Shown here: piece by piece, positions 26,201-38,200 of the stretch
How positions within the stretch are numbered: position 1 is the stretch's first letter
Layout of the letters: each line of letters begins with the position of its first letter
Assembly (NCBI GenBank): GCA_950097015.1
Contig: CATNEN010000038.1
Coordinates: 16,988,001-17,052,000, forward strand
Origin: Macrostomum hystrix
Lineage: Eukaryota > Animalia > Platyhelminthes
Direction: 5' to 3'
DNA: 64,000 bases
Made by a program: the position numbers and the translations under genes
Notes under the pieces: model-generated
What the model was told of the DNA's origin: nothing
Seen by the model: the letters and a program-made list of their open reading frames with translations, nothing else
The model's database searches: none

Positions 26201-29200
26201 TTCTAGGCGTCGTATCACACAGAGCCTTCTTGAAGATCGCCTCTAGTGGCTTGTGGTCGCTCTGAACATTCACTGTCCGGCCCCAGATGTATCGGTGAAA
26301 CTTTTTGCAGCCATAGACAATCGCGAGAAGCTCTTTCTCGATTTGTGCGTAGGCTCGCTGGGCACTGGTCATTGCAGAGGACGCGTATTCGACTGGACGA
26401 TCGTCTTGGAGCAGCACAGCGCCGATGCCACTCTTGCTTGCGTCGACTGAAACCGTCACGGGCTTGGTTACGTCAAAGGTTGCCAGCACCCGGTTCGAGC
26501 ACAGATCCGCGATGATTGCTTCATACGCCTGGTCGTGCTGATCCAGCCAGCTCCATATGACCTCCTTCTTCAGCAGATGCCTAAGTGGTTCCGCAGTGGC
26601 TGACAGTTGCGGGCAGAACCTGGCCAAGTATGTGACACAGCCGAGAAAACGCCTGAGTTGCTCTCTCTTTGCGGTTACGCCTTCCAGAGAGTCGGGTCTT
26701 GTCATCTCCTTGATTGCCTTGACCTTCTGCGGATCAGCCCGAATTCCATCGGGGCCAAGAATATCGCCTAAGTAGCTCAGCTCTTGGGCTCCAACTCGCA
26801 TCTTGTTCGGATTCAGCGTCACGTTGGCCCGCTTGCACTGCTCCATCAGACTGCGTACTGCGATGTCGTGTTCCTCGATGGTGCGCCCCCACACGATAAT
26901 GTCGTCGAAAAAGTTTTTCGAGTTCTTGACGTGGCTGGTGACATTCTCCTCCATACGCTTTTGAAACACTTCCGGGATTGATGACAAGCCGTACGGCACT
27001 CTCTTCCACCTGTAACGACCGAATGGCGTGTGGAACGTTGTGAGGAACGAACTCTGCTCATCTAGCTTGAGCTGATGGAAACTCTCGTTGGCATCGAATG
27101 TACTGAACACCATGGCTCCAGCAGTCGCCATCCGAACTTCCTCCGCCGTTGGAATCGGGTGATATTCGCGGATGATGAACTGGTTCAGGTATGTAGGATC
27201 AAGGCATAGGCGCATCGAGCCGTCCTTCTTCCAGACAATGGTGACGTTTGACACCCATTGAGTCGGCTCGTCTACTCGAACAATAGTCCCATCTCTCTCC
27301 AGGCGCTCCAGCTCGCACTTCAATGGCTGATAGGCCGCGAATGGAACCTTTCGTGGCGGCTGGACTTTTGGAGCGGCATTTTCTGTCAGCTGAATTGTGT
27401 ACTGCTGCTTCATGCACCCGACACCTTTGAACACAGTCGGATAGTCTGCTATCAGCTGACTGCTAGTGATCTGAGACTGGTGAGGTTTCTCTACTTTGCT
27501 GACATTGGGTGGGCTCTTGTTTATGGCAAAAAGCTTCTTGATGAGATGCAACTCATGCAGTGCTGACTTCCAGCCAATGATCGGAGTCGCGTTTTCTCCA
27601 ACGACTACAAACTGAAGTTTCACGTTTTTCTGACACGGAGACGATACTGTCAGGTGAGTCAGGCCGATGACATCCAGCTGCTGTCTGTTGTAGGTAGTGA
27701 GCGTCCAGGTTGTGGGTTCGATTTCAGCCGCAGGAGCGAACTTGATCAGGCATCGTAGCGGAACAACGTTGACATCTGCCCCTGTGTCGACCTTAAACTG
27801 GAGCTTCCGGCCAGAATCCTTCGCCGTGAGACTCACCATCATTGTTGTGTAGTCATGCAGACGCTGACCTTCAGGTGTCTCAACTGTCATCACTTTCGCT
27901 GGTGTTGCTTCTTGGTCTGCGCAATCCAGCTGCTGCTTGTCCTCCTGGAGCTCGTTGACCTTCTTTGAGGACCGGCACATTGACGAGAAGTGGTTCAGAC
28001 GACCACAGCTGTTACACTTCCTACCGAAAGCTGGGCATTTTCTCCGCTCGTGCTGCAGTCCGCAGAAGCCACAGCCGCGGCCTGAAGGCGGTTTTGGAGG
28101 CCCAGCTGGTGCTCGGGGTCGACTTTGGACAGCATCCACCGTTGACGGCTCAGCTCGGCTGCTCTGAGTTGTCAGCATAGCGCTCGCCTGTCGCTTTGAC
28201 GTCTCCGAAGCTCGCCCCATCTGAATTGCACGGTTGAGTGTCAGGTTGGACTCACGCAGTAGTCTCTCTTTAAGCGCTGGGTCGCCAACTCCCATCACGA
28301 TCTGGTCGCGGATGACGCTGTCGCTGACTGACTCGCCGTTGGCCGGTGTCCCGTAGTTGCACCTGGTCACGAGCTGTCGCAGAGAGGCGACGAACTGATC
28401 GAAGTCCTCTGACTCCTTCTGCACTCTGGTCCTGAACAGGTAGCGATCGAAGGTCTCATTGCTCATTGGCTCACAGTAGTTCTTGAATTGATTGAGAACC
28501 CCGACGTATGTAGTCACTTCGGCGGACGGGAAGGTGGAGAACACGTCTTGTCCTTCTGATCCGAGCGCGGTCAGCACGATTGCAATCTTGACCTCTTCGC
28601 TCTCCTCCGTCTTCTTGGTTGCCTTCATGTAGAAGTCGATCGCTTTGCTCCATTTTCTCCAGTTGTCTGCGCGATTGGCATCAAAAACCATCGGCTCTGG
28701 AGGCCTCAGTCCATCCATTAGCTAGCTTGCTTGGCTATTGGGCAAAAGTACTTTATGCTTGCGACGACATGTTAAGTTGGAACAAGCGAGACATTTAGGC
28801 ACGACAAAACTCTTAAGGCCCAAGTTGGCCAAAGTGAGAATTATATATTGTCAAGCGATGCGAGTTGAATTGTACACTTAGGCATTGTACAGTGTGGCAT
28901 GTACATAGAGCAAGTTAGCATATTGATTTAGTAATGGATTATAAAACGCGACACACAACAGAGATGAGGCACGGTAGAGATGAGACACGGTAGAGATGAG
29001 ACACGGTAGAGATGAGACACGGTAGAGATGAGGCACGGTAGAGATGAGACACGGCAGAGATGAGACACGGTAGAGATGAGACACGGCAGAGATGAGACAC
29101 GGTAGAGATGAGACACGGCAGAGATGAGACACGGTAGAGTGGATGTTGAAGCCTTCGGGCTGCAGGTTGCCAAACACTGTCAATTTTAGCTGTTGAATTA

Positions 29201-32200
29201 GTTTCACCAGTGAGTACATATATCCCACGGACAGTCTTGGTTTCGAAAATTCTTTACTGAATTTTCAGTAAAGAAAATGTACCTTTTCGTTCTCGCAGGC
29301 TGAAAATTAGCATTCAGTGCATCGCTTGCTTAGTCACTGCCCATCACTGGATGGCTTCATAAATAATTAATGAGATGCCTGCAATCAGAGAATGATAAAG
29401 TTGACAGCATCAAACCACACGCTGCGGCTATGGCTTATCTATGTAGTCAGATAGTGGCATGGCAACAGGAAGTTCGTTATCTGGCTTATGGACTTTTAGC
29501 TGCGGGCGATGCATGTAAAGTGCTGAATTGGATTGCTAGTATAGTCAATGAACGAAGGAATATAATGGATTGCTAGTTTAGATCTAGTGGATGAAGGAAT
29601 AGAACGGATTGCTAGTCTAGCCCTAGTACATGAAGTAATACAATGGATTGCTAGTCTAGCCCTAGTAGATGAAGGAATACAATGGATTGCTAGTCTAGCC
29701 CTAGTACATGAAGGAATACAATGGATTGCTAGTCTAGCCCTAGTACATGAAGGAATACAATGGATTGCTAGTCTAGCCCTAGTACATGAAGGAATACAAT
29801 GGATTGCTAGTCTAGCCCTAGTACATGAAGGAATACAATGGATTGCTAGTCTAGCCCTAGTAGATGAAGGAATACAATGGATTGCTAGTCTAGCCCTAGT
29901 GGATGAAGGAATAGAATGGATTGCTAGTCTAGATCTTGTGGATGAAGGAATAGAACGGATTGCTAGCCCACGAATTTTCCACTCACCCAGCTACTCCACC
30001 GCATCCGGCGACAAGTACTTCTATTCGCTGACGTGGCAAATTCGGTTTGAGCACTCAGAGGACACTGTGTACTTCGCCCACTGCTATCCGTACACCTACT
30101 CGGACCTGGTCGATTACCTGCAGCGCCTTCAGGACGACCCGGTGAAGTCTCAGTTCTGCAAGCAGCGGGTGCTCTGCCGCTCTCTCGCTGGCAACGCGGT
30201 TCACCTACTCACAATAGGCACTCCGCCACCTCAGCAGCAGCAGCAGCGGGAACCACTGGATGATGAGATGGCAGCAGCTGCGGGGATCGCTTCAACGGCC
30301 ACTAAGCAACTGTCTGGCCCGCTTAAAAAAGTGAGAAAGATTGTTTACTCAACTTTTCCTCCACCAATTAGCCCGAATTCAGGTAGGCATCGTCGGACCA
30401 GCTCCCTATGCCATTCATTTATCCTCAATCAATCCAGTTTGATCCATATCAACCCTTGAATCCAACTTGGTGACTTACTTTTATTGGAAATCCTCAATAA
30501 ACTCAGGTAATCCACATCTATCCCCCAATCCGCCAGGTGATCCCCATTTATCCCCTAATCCACCAAGTGATCCCATACATCCCAAATCCACCAGGTGATC
30601 CTAGTGACCTCCCGAGTGCATCCCGGCGAGTCCAACGCCAGCTGGATGATGAAAGGCTTCCTGGATTTCATCACCGGCGACTCAGCCGACGCCCGTCTTC
30701 TCCGCGACGCCTTCACCTTCAAAGTGGTGCCGATGATCAATCCTGACGGTGTCATTGTCGGCAACTACCGCTGCTCCCTAACCGGTCGGGATTTGAATCG
30801 CAACTACAAGTCGGTGCTGAAGGATTCATTCCCGGCCGTGTTCGCCATAGTCGAGCTGGTCCGCAAACTGCAGGCCTCAAGAGAGGTGGCTCTTTACTGC
30901 GACCTGCACGGCCACTCGCGCCGGCAGAATGTCTTCATCTACGGCTGCGAGAATCGCGACGTTCGCGACGATCGTGAACGCCTCCTGGAGCGAGTGTTTC
31001 CCGCCATGCTGAGCAAGAACGCCCCGGACCAGTTCTCATACGAGTGCTGCAAATTCAAAATGCAAAAGTCCAAGGAGGGCACTGGCCGCATTGTTATGTA
31101 CAATCTTGGCGTGAGGAACTCCTTCACGATGGAGGCCACATTCTGCGGATCAACTCTCGGCCGGCTGAAGGGCCAGCACTTCAATTGCAGACAGCTGGAG
31201 GCCATGGGGGCGCAGTTCTGCGACACTCTGCTGGACTATTTCGACCCGAACCCGGCCAAGGTCAGTGACGGACAGATCAGCTTAATGAGCTGTAGGGATT
31301 TAGCGAAAGCATTTGAATTTTCATGATTTGGTTGATTCTCTCATTTCATTCTTATTGTCATTGCTTTTATCAGCACCCCATCCCTTTTCAGCCCGCCTAT
31401 CTTCTCCCTCATATTCCCCATCACCCCCCTTATCTTCTCCCATCATCTTCTCCCCCTTATCTTCTCCCCTTATCTTCTTCCCTTATCTTCTCCCCTTGTC
31501 TTCTCCCCTTATATTTTCCCCTTATCTTCTACCCTCATCTTCTCCCCCTTATCTCTCCCATTATCTTCTCCCCCTTATCTTCTTCTCTCATCTTTTCCCC
31601 TCATCTTCTCCCCTCATATCCTATCAGCCGACCTATCCTCTTTGTCATCTCATTTTCTCTTCCTCATATTATCGCCCTAATATTTTTCTCTCCTCTGCTT
31701 CCTGATCTTCTTTCTCTCTTTCCACTCTGTTATACTTTTCTCCTCATCTTCTTCCCCTTATCTTCTGACCTCGTCTTCTCCCTTCATCCTCTCTCCATAT
31801 CTCCCCCCTACCTATTCTCTCCCTTATCTTCCCCCATCACCCTTCATTTTTTCCCTAGTTCGTACATTTCTATCCTCTAATTTTCAATTCTCATTCGTCT
31901 CTACTTTCTTCCTTTATCATTTCGGCCACGCTTTCCTTATTACGAAATCAAATTAAGCGCTTGACTAACAGGTAGCCATATTTTTTAGATCTACGAGAAA
32001 AGCTTAATTTAAACATTACATTTGCATCTTGCCAGTTTGCCTTGGAACTGGGATCGAGAATGATCTTGAACTAAAAACCGCACTCAAACAGTGGGCAGTG
32101 TAGCCTCAGTAAAACAACTACAATTTCCTTCATTTGATCATCATTTGATGACATAAGGGGCCGTTATATTTTTAGTCAGACTGGTACGGCTTCTACAGCA

Positions 32201-35200
32201 CTGAGAGGTGAAACAACTTTTTTTAAATCCCTGAATCTGATGCAGCACAGTCGCTGTGCTCCAGTGTGTGCTCAAACTCAAACTTAAAGTGCTCATCTTC
32301 AGTTGGCAAATGTGTGCTCATATTTACTAAATGCCACCCCAGAGTTGGAAGCAATAAAACCAACTTGTGATTCTCACTTTCAACCCTTCAAATTACTGGT
32401 AGTACTTTGAGTTCTTATCTGGCTACTAATTAGACTGTTATGAGTAGCATGAGGCGGTTGTTGCTAGCTGACTCTTATCCCAGAGTCAGAACGATGAACG
32501 ATGACTTGCGATGGCACAGATACTGTACGGCTTCGCCTTCAAATGAAAGTGGCCTCGAGCTTAGGGTCTTTGTTGCGAGAGGCGGATGCATTAGACCTCT
32601 GTATTTAGCTTTTTTTAACGGTGAAACTTCAGCAGTATTAATACTAACCAAATTTAATAAGTAGTAAGTAGCGTACAATTAGAACATTTGTTGTGCTAGT
32701 GAAAAAACCTGAAACTAACTCATCGCTATCACCTGTTCGTACAAAAATGCGACTCGATGGCTGGTGTGAAAAATGTGTCAAACTTGGCAAGAAATGTAAA
32801 TTAAAGGTAATTATATTCACCTCCAAAACTGTTGTATGAACCCACAACCTGTTGCACCTAATCGAAAAAAAAATCGAACACAAATATATGACCTTTAATT
32901 CACATGTTTTACCTATTGTCTATTGAGACACCTTTCTTTTTTTATTAGTTTTCTTGCACAATTCCTTATAATTTAACATTTTTCTCTTGTTTTAGTTGTA
33001 ACTCGATAATCTTAAACTTTTTTAATTGTCACTTACTAAAAAAGAAATTTTGTTAATTAAAAGGCTCAAAGAATTATAGTAGATGATTCGCAGAACATTC
33101 ATTTAAATTAACCTTCTGGAAATTCAAAATCGAATATTCATGACTCTATATATATATATTATAATCCTATCCTGCTTCACCTTCCACGGTTAAAACAAAA
33201 ATTGTATGCACTCTTCTTCACCTAACTTTGATGTCATTTTTTCCTGAAATTCTATCGCAGTTTAAAGCACAGATTTTTATAAAACGTGTACTTTTGCTAT
33301 TTCATGGAAAAGACTGAAAAATTATCATTTAAATACCGATAGAAAGGACAGTAATATTGCAAGCATTGTTTAAGTTCTAATGATTCTATTTATTTATTAA
33401 CCGCGTAAAATAATAAACTGTTACACACTTATTGGTCAACCTGTTGGATAATAAATAATAATTGGTTAACTTGTTAGACAGTTATTGGTTAACCTGTTAG
33501 ACAGTTATTGGTTAACCTGTTAGACAGTTATTGGTCAACCTGTTAGACAGTTATTGGTTAGCCTGTTAGACAGTTATTGGTTAACCTGTTAGACAGTTAT
33601 TGGTTAGCCTGTTAGACAGTTATTGGTTTACCTGTTAGACAGTTATTGGTTAACCTGTTAGACAGTTATTGATTAACCTGTTAGACAGTTATTGGTTAAC
33701 CTGTTAGACAGTTATTGGTTAACCTGTTAGACAGTTATTGGTCAACCTGTTAGACAGTTATTGGTTTACCTGTTAGACAGTTATTGGTTAACCTGTTAGA
33801 CAGTTATTGGTTAGCCTGTTAGACAGTTATTGGTTTACCTGTTAGACAGTTATTGGTTAACCTGTTAGACAGTTATTGATTAACCTGTTAGACAGTTATT
33901 TGTTAACCTGTTAGACAGTTATTTGTTAACCTATTAGACAGTTATTGGTTTACCTGTTAGACAGTTATTGGTTAACCTGTTAGACAGTTATTGATTAACC
34001 TGTTAGACAGTTATTGATTAACCTGTTAGACAGTTATTGCTTGACCTGTTAGACAGTTATTGATTAACCTGTTAGACAGTTATTGGTTGACCTGTTAGAC
34101 AGTTATTGGTTGACCTGTTAGACAGTTATTGATTAGCCTGTTAGACAGTTATTGGTTGACCTGTTAGACAGTTATTGGTTGACCTGTTAGACAGTTATTG
34201 GTTGACCTGTTAGATAGCTTAACTGCCGCAAAAATGAATGATCTTTCCCTGGAAATTCTATATAAATCTAAGATCTTTGCTTTATTCTGATTATCCACTC
34301 AGTCAGCTACCTGGTACATAAAAATTAGTGCATCAGATTATTAGGTATTAACCCTTTTAAACTTTGCAGAACTCAGAGATACTACTGCAAGTAGAGCACA
34401 AGCTGAAGGAACAAATTCTTGTGAATCTGCAGCGCAGCGGCCGCTGTCCGAATCTAGTTAGCCTGGACGAGCTCAGCCTGGCCGAGATCTCGGACGAAGA
34501 CGTTGAAAGCTCCGACGGCGGCTCGGACAGTTCAGCCTCCAACGGCCTGCCGGTGCACTACGAGTTCATGAAGTCGCAGATGTCCCAACAGCAGCAGGAA
34601 AGAAGAAAGACCAGGCAGCGAAGGTCGAGAAAGGAGCGAACTGCGGCGGCCGCGGCTGCTAAGGCAGGGAAGCCCGCGAAACCAGTGAGTACGAGTATAC
34701 GGCCTCTTTAATGCGAGATAACAATTGCCTCTTTTAATTAATACCTATCTCATATATATTTACTTAGCACTTATTCGTGTGTTTTTTCAACTAGAAACTT
34801 AGCGACTTTTTTCTTTTCTAAAACCGATTGAACTTACACCTAGCTACAAGGTCCCTGACCCATAGTACCCCTGTATAACAGGTAAAATATTTATCCTCAG
34901 GTAACACTGCTGGCCCTGATTATGAGGTATCACCCATGTCTAAACCATGTCCAAAAAGTAACACCGGCACGCCTGTCTAACATGTAGCACCGGTACACCA
35001 TCTAGCAGGTAACACAGGTACACCTGTCTAATAGGTAGCTCCAGAACATCTGTATTACAGGTAGCGCCGATACGCCTGTCTAACAGGTAGCACCGGTACA
35101 CCTGTCTAACAGGTAGCGCCGGTACACCTGTCTAACAGGTAGCGCCGGTACACCTGTCTAACATGTAGCACCGGTACACCTGTCTAACAGGTAGCGCCGG

Positions 35201-38200
35201 TACACCTGTCTAACAGGTAGCGCCGGTACACCTGTCTAACAGGTAGCGCTGGTACACCTGTCTAACAGGTAGCGCCGGTACACCTGTCTAACATGTAGCA
35301 CCGGTACACCTGTCTAACAGGTAGCGCCGGTACACCTGTCTAACAGGTAGCGCCGGTACACCTGTCTAACAGGTAGCGCTGGTATACCTGTCTAACAGGT
35401 AGCGCCGGTACACCTGTCTAACATGTAGCACCGGTACACCTGTCTAACAGGTAGCGCCGGTACACCTGTCTAACAGGTAGCGCCGGTACACCTGTCTAAC
35501 AGGTAGCGCTGGTACACCTGTCTAACAGGTAGCGCCGGTACACCTGTCTAACATGTAGCACCGGTACACCTGTCTAACAGGTAGCGCCGGTACACCTGTC
35601 TAACAGGTAGCGCCGGTACACCTGTATAACAGGTAGCGCCGGTACACCTGTCTAACAGGTAGCGCCGGTACACCTGTCTAACATGTAGCGCCGGTACACC
35701 TGTCTAACAGGTAGCGCTGGTACACCTGTCAACAGGTAGCGCCGGTACACCTGTCTAACATGTAGCACCGGTACACCTGTCTAACAGGTAGCGCCGGTAC
35801 ACCTGTCTAACAGGTAGCGCCGGTACACCTGTCTAACAGGTAGCGCCGATACACCTGTCTAACAGGTAGCGCCGGTACACCTGTCTAACAGTTAACACTG
35901 GTGCATATGTCTAAATAGGAACACCTTCACTTCAGGTCTGTTACCATACCTTCTGAGTTAAGCATCGGTCATATAAAGTTAGATTCATTCAATGTTAAAA
36001 AACGACTAAACAGCAACAGCTTATTTTCATTTTTTCGTGACCTCTTAGTGGTGCACCTGCTTTTCTAGAATAAGCCTGACATACTTAGCGCTTTTCACCT
36101 GCACCAATTATCACAGCTTATCTATGACATTTTTATTACAGCCCCACTCAGATTGCGTGCCATCGCTAGATGCCGCCGCTTTTCACGCTGATAAGCGATC
36201 GGTAAGACTCACCTTGACGCTCAAAAGTTCTCGCAAGAAGTAGCTTGTGTAATCAAAGTAATTATTCAACATTAACTCATTATTTCCTGTGAATGCGAAA
36301 CATGCATTTCTACTTCCAGTAGACTGGTTAGGGTTTTTTATCTAATCTTTCGCGCTGAATTGAAAACGAAGCTGTTTAATGAATTCGTAGCGAAACAAAA
36401 ATCGATGAAATTAAAATTACGAGTTTTTAATTCATCAACTTCGTGATAGGCTACTGCGGGTGCGACCAGGAAGCCATTGTTCTGCGATCGCTGTGGCAAT
36501 GCTGTATGTTTTAGCCTCATAAAACTACTCGCATCTAATCAGAAGAGCATGCAACTAATTTGATCAAATTGCGGATTAAATTTTAACAAATAATTTTTAA
36601 TGATTTGAATTGACATCGTATTAAAATTTTAGTTTAATAAACAAAATCAAAACCACCATTTTGGGCTGAAAGTACAGTTTGAAAAATGTTTATTTTTAGA
36701 TGCCATTTCTTATTAGAGTTTTGTTTTACTTTCGAGCAGAACGTACGAGCGTAGATGCATATAATATCTGATTTAAGCAAGTGATTTATAAATCACTATT
36801 AATCAGATTGACTGCCTAATATATTGTTCTTAACACAAACGGATATCCAATCATTATTCATTGATAACTAACCTGTGCCTTTTATTTTGCCTCGTTAAAA
36901 AAATAATGATTATCTCTGCAGCAAACTGAGGAGTGAGGTGGGCTGAAGGATTGGGGGCCTAGGGCAGAGGAGTGAGGTGAGCTGAAGGATTGCGGCCTAG
37001 GGCAGAGGAGTGAGGTGGGCTGAAGGATTGGGGCCTAGGGCAGAGGAGTGAGGTGAGCTGAAGGATTGGGGCCTAGGGCAGAGGAGTGAGGTGGGCTGAA
37101 GGAGTGGGGCGTAGGGCAGAGGAGTGAGGTGGGTGGGAAGGAGTGGGGCGTAGGGCAGAGGAGTGAGGTGGGAAGGCGTGGGGCGTAGGGCAGAGGAGTG
37201 ACATGACTTCAAAGATTGGGGAGTAGGGTAGAGGGGTGATGTGGGTGGGAAGGAGTGGGGTTAGCTTACGATTGTAATACATAAAACAGAATAAAGGTTG
37301 ATAATTAATTAAACATTACTTAAAAACCGAAAGTCTTACTTCTGGCCATCGAAGATGTGTGAAGCAATTTTTTAACAGCCCAACCCATACCAACCCACCT
37401 GAGCAGATGTGTCCTCACAACGGCTTAGCAACTGTTTCCAAGCCAGCGGCCAGGGGCAAACCGGTTGCCCTGAGCGCACCGACAAAGGCTTCAACATCGG
37501 CGTCTGCCCCGGCACAGTCCGCTTCGAGCGCGGCTTTGGCCACCCGTTCCGCATCTTCTATAGCCGTGCCAGCCAGGCAGCCGAAGGGCCCAGCTGAGAG
37601 AACATCTGCTGCGGCCAGCAGGTTGAAGGTGAGTTTTGCGCTGGGTTTCATTGCTATTTCATTCTCATGTCAATGCATGTCAATCCACGCCGATTCCCAT
37701 GGATTCTCCTACCCAAGACTGTCGCGTCGGATCCCAACCTGCAGCCTGCAATCGTCTCAACCGGCCCTGTCGGCCAATCTGAACGCGATCTAGAATCGGC
37801 GGAGTGCGCCGGAAAGGCCAGCCGGCAGCCGACTGCCCAAGGGGCGGCCGCAGAGGAACAGTCTCTGTGCGCCAGGCACCACCAGCTGGCCGACTTTGAC
37901 AGAATCTCAGGGCTGCAGCACGCCAGGGCTCTGCCAGGCGGTGAGTACGGTATGCCAGGCAGTCAGTCAGTCATAGATCGTAAAAGTTCATTACTTTCTG
38001 TGTCCTTTTTTGCTGGCCTGTTTGTTTGTTTGTTAGTCGGTCGGTTGGTTGGTTGTTTGCTAGTTAGTTAGTTAGTTTGTTTGTTTGTTTGTTTGTGTTG
38101 CTTTGTTTTGTTTGTTTTTTGTTTGTTTGTTCGTTTGTTTGTTTGCTTGTTTGTTTGTTTGTTTGTTTGGTTGTTTGTTTGTTTGTCTTGTTAGTTAGTT

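Larger units (their letters stand above)
23886..28960 (-). mobile_element. Full-length Ty3/Gypsy (Mag-like) LTR retrotransposon
   Basis: 191-bp TG...CA LTRs at 23886-24076 and 28770-28960 with no difference seen; 5-bp TSD GAGAT (23881-23885, 28961-28965); single gag-pol ORF. Confidence 0.97.

Noticed and set aside
29587-29990. ([13 protein letters not shown])n N-terminus of the 290-aa ORF
   Set aside because: 39-bp intronic array that happens to be in frame; the conserved exon begins at the 29991 acceptor in the phase matching the previous exon
31313-31880. Hydrophobic Leu/Pro/Ser-rich ORFs (also 38077-38319, 38735-39277, 55795-56110)
   Set aside because: Translations of low-complexity or tandem repeats
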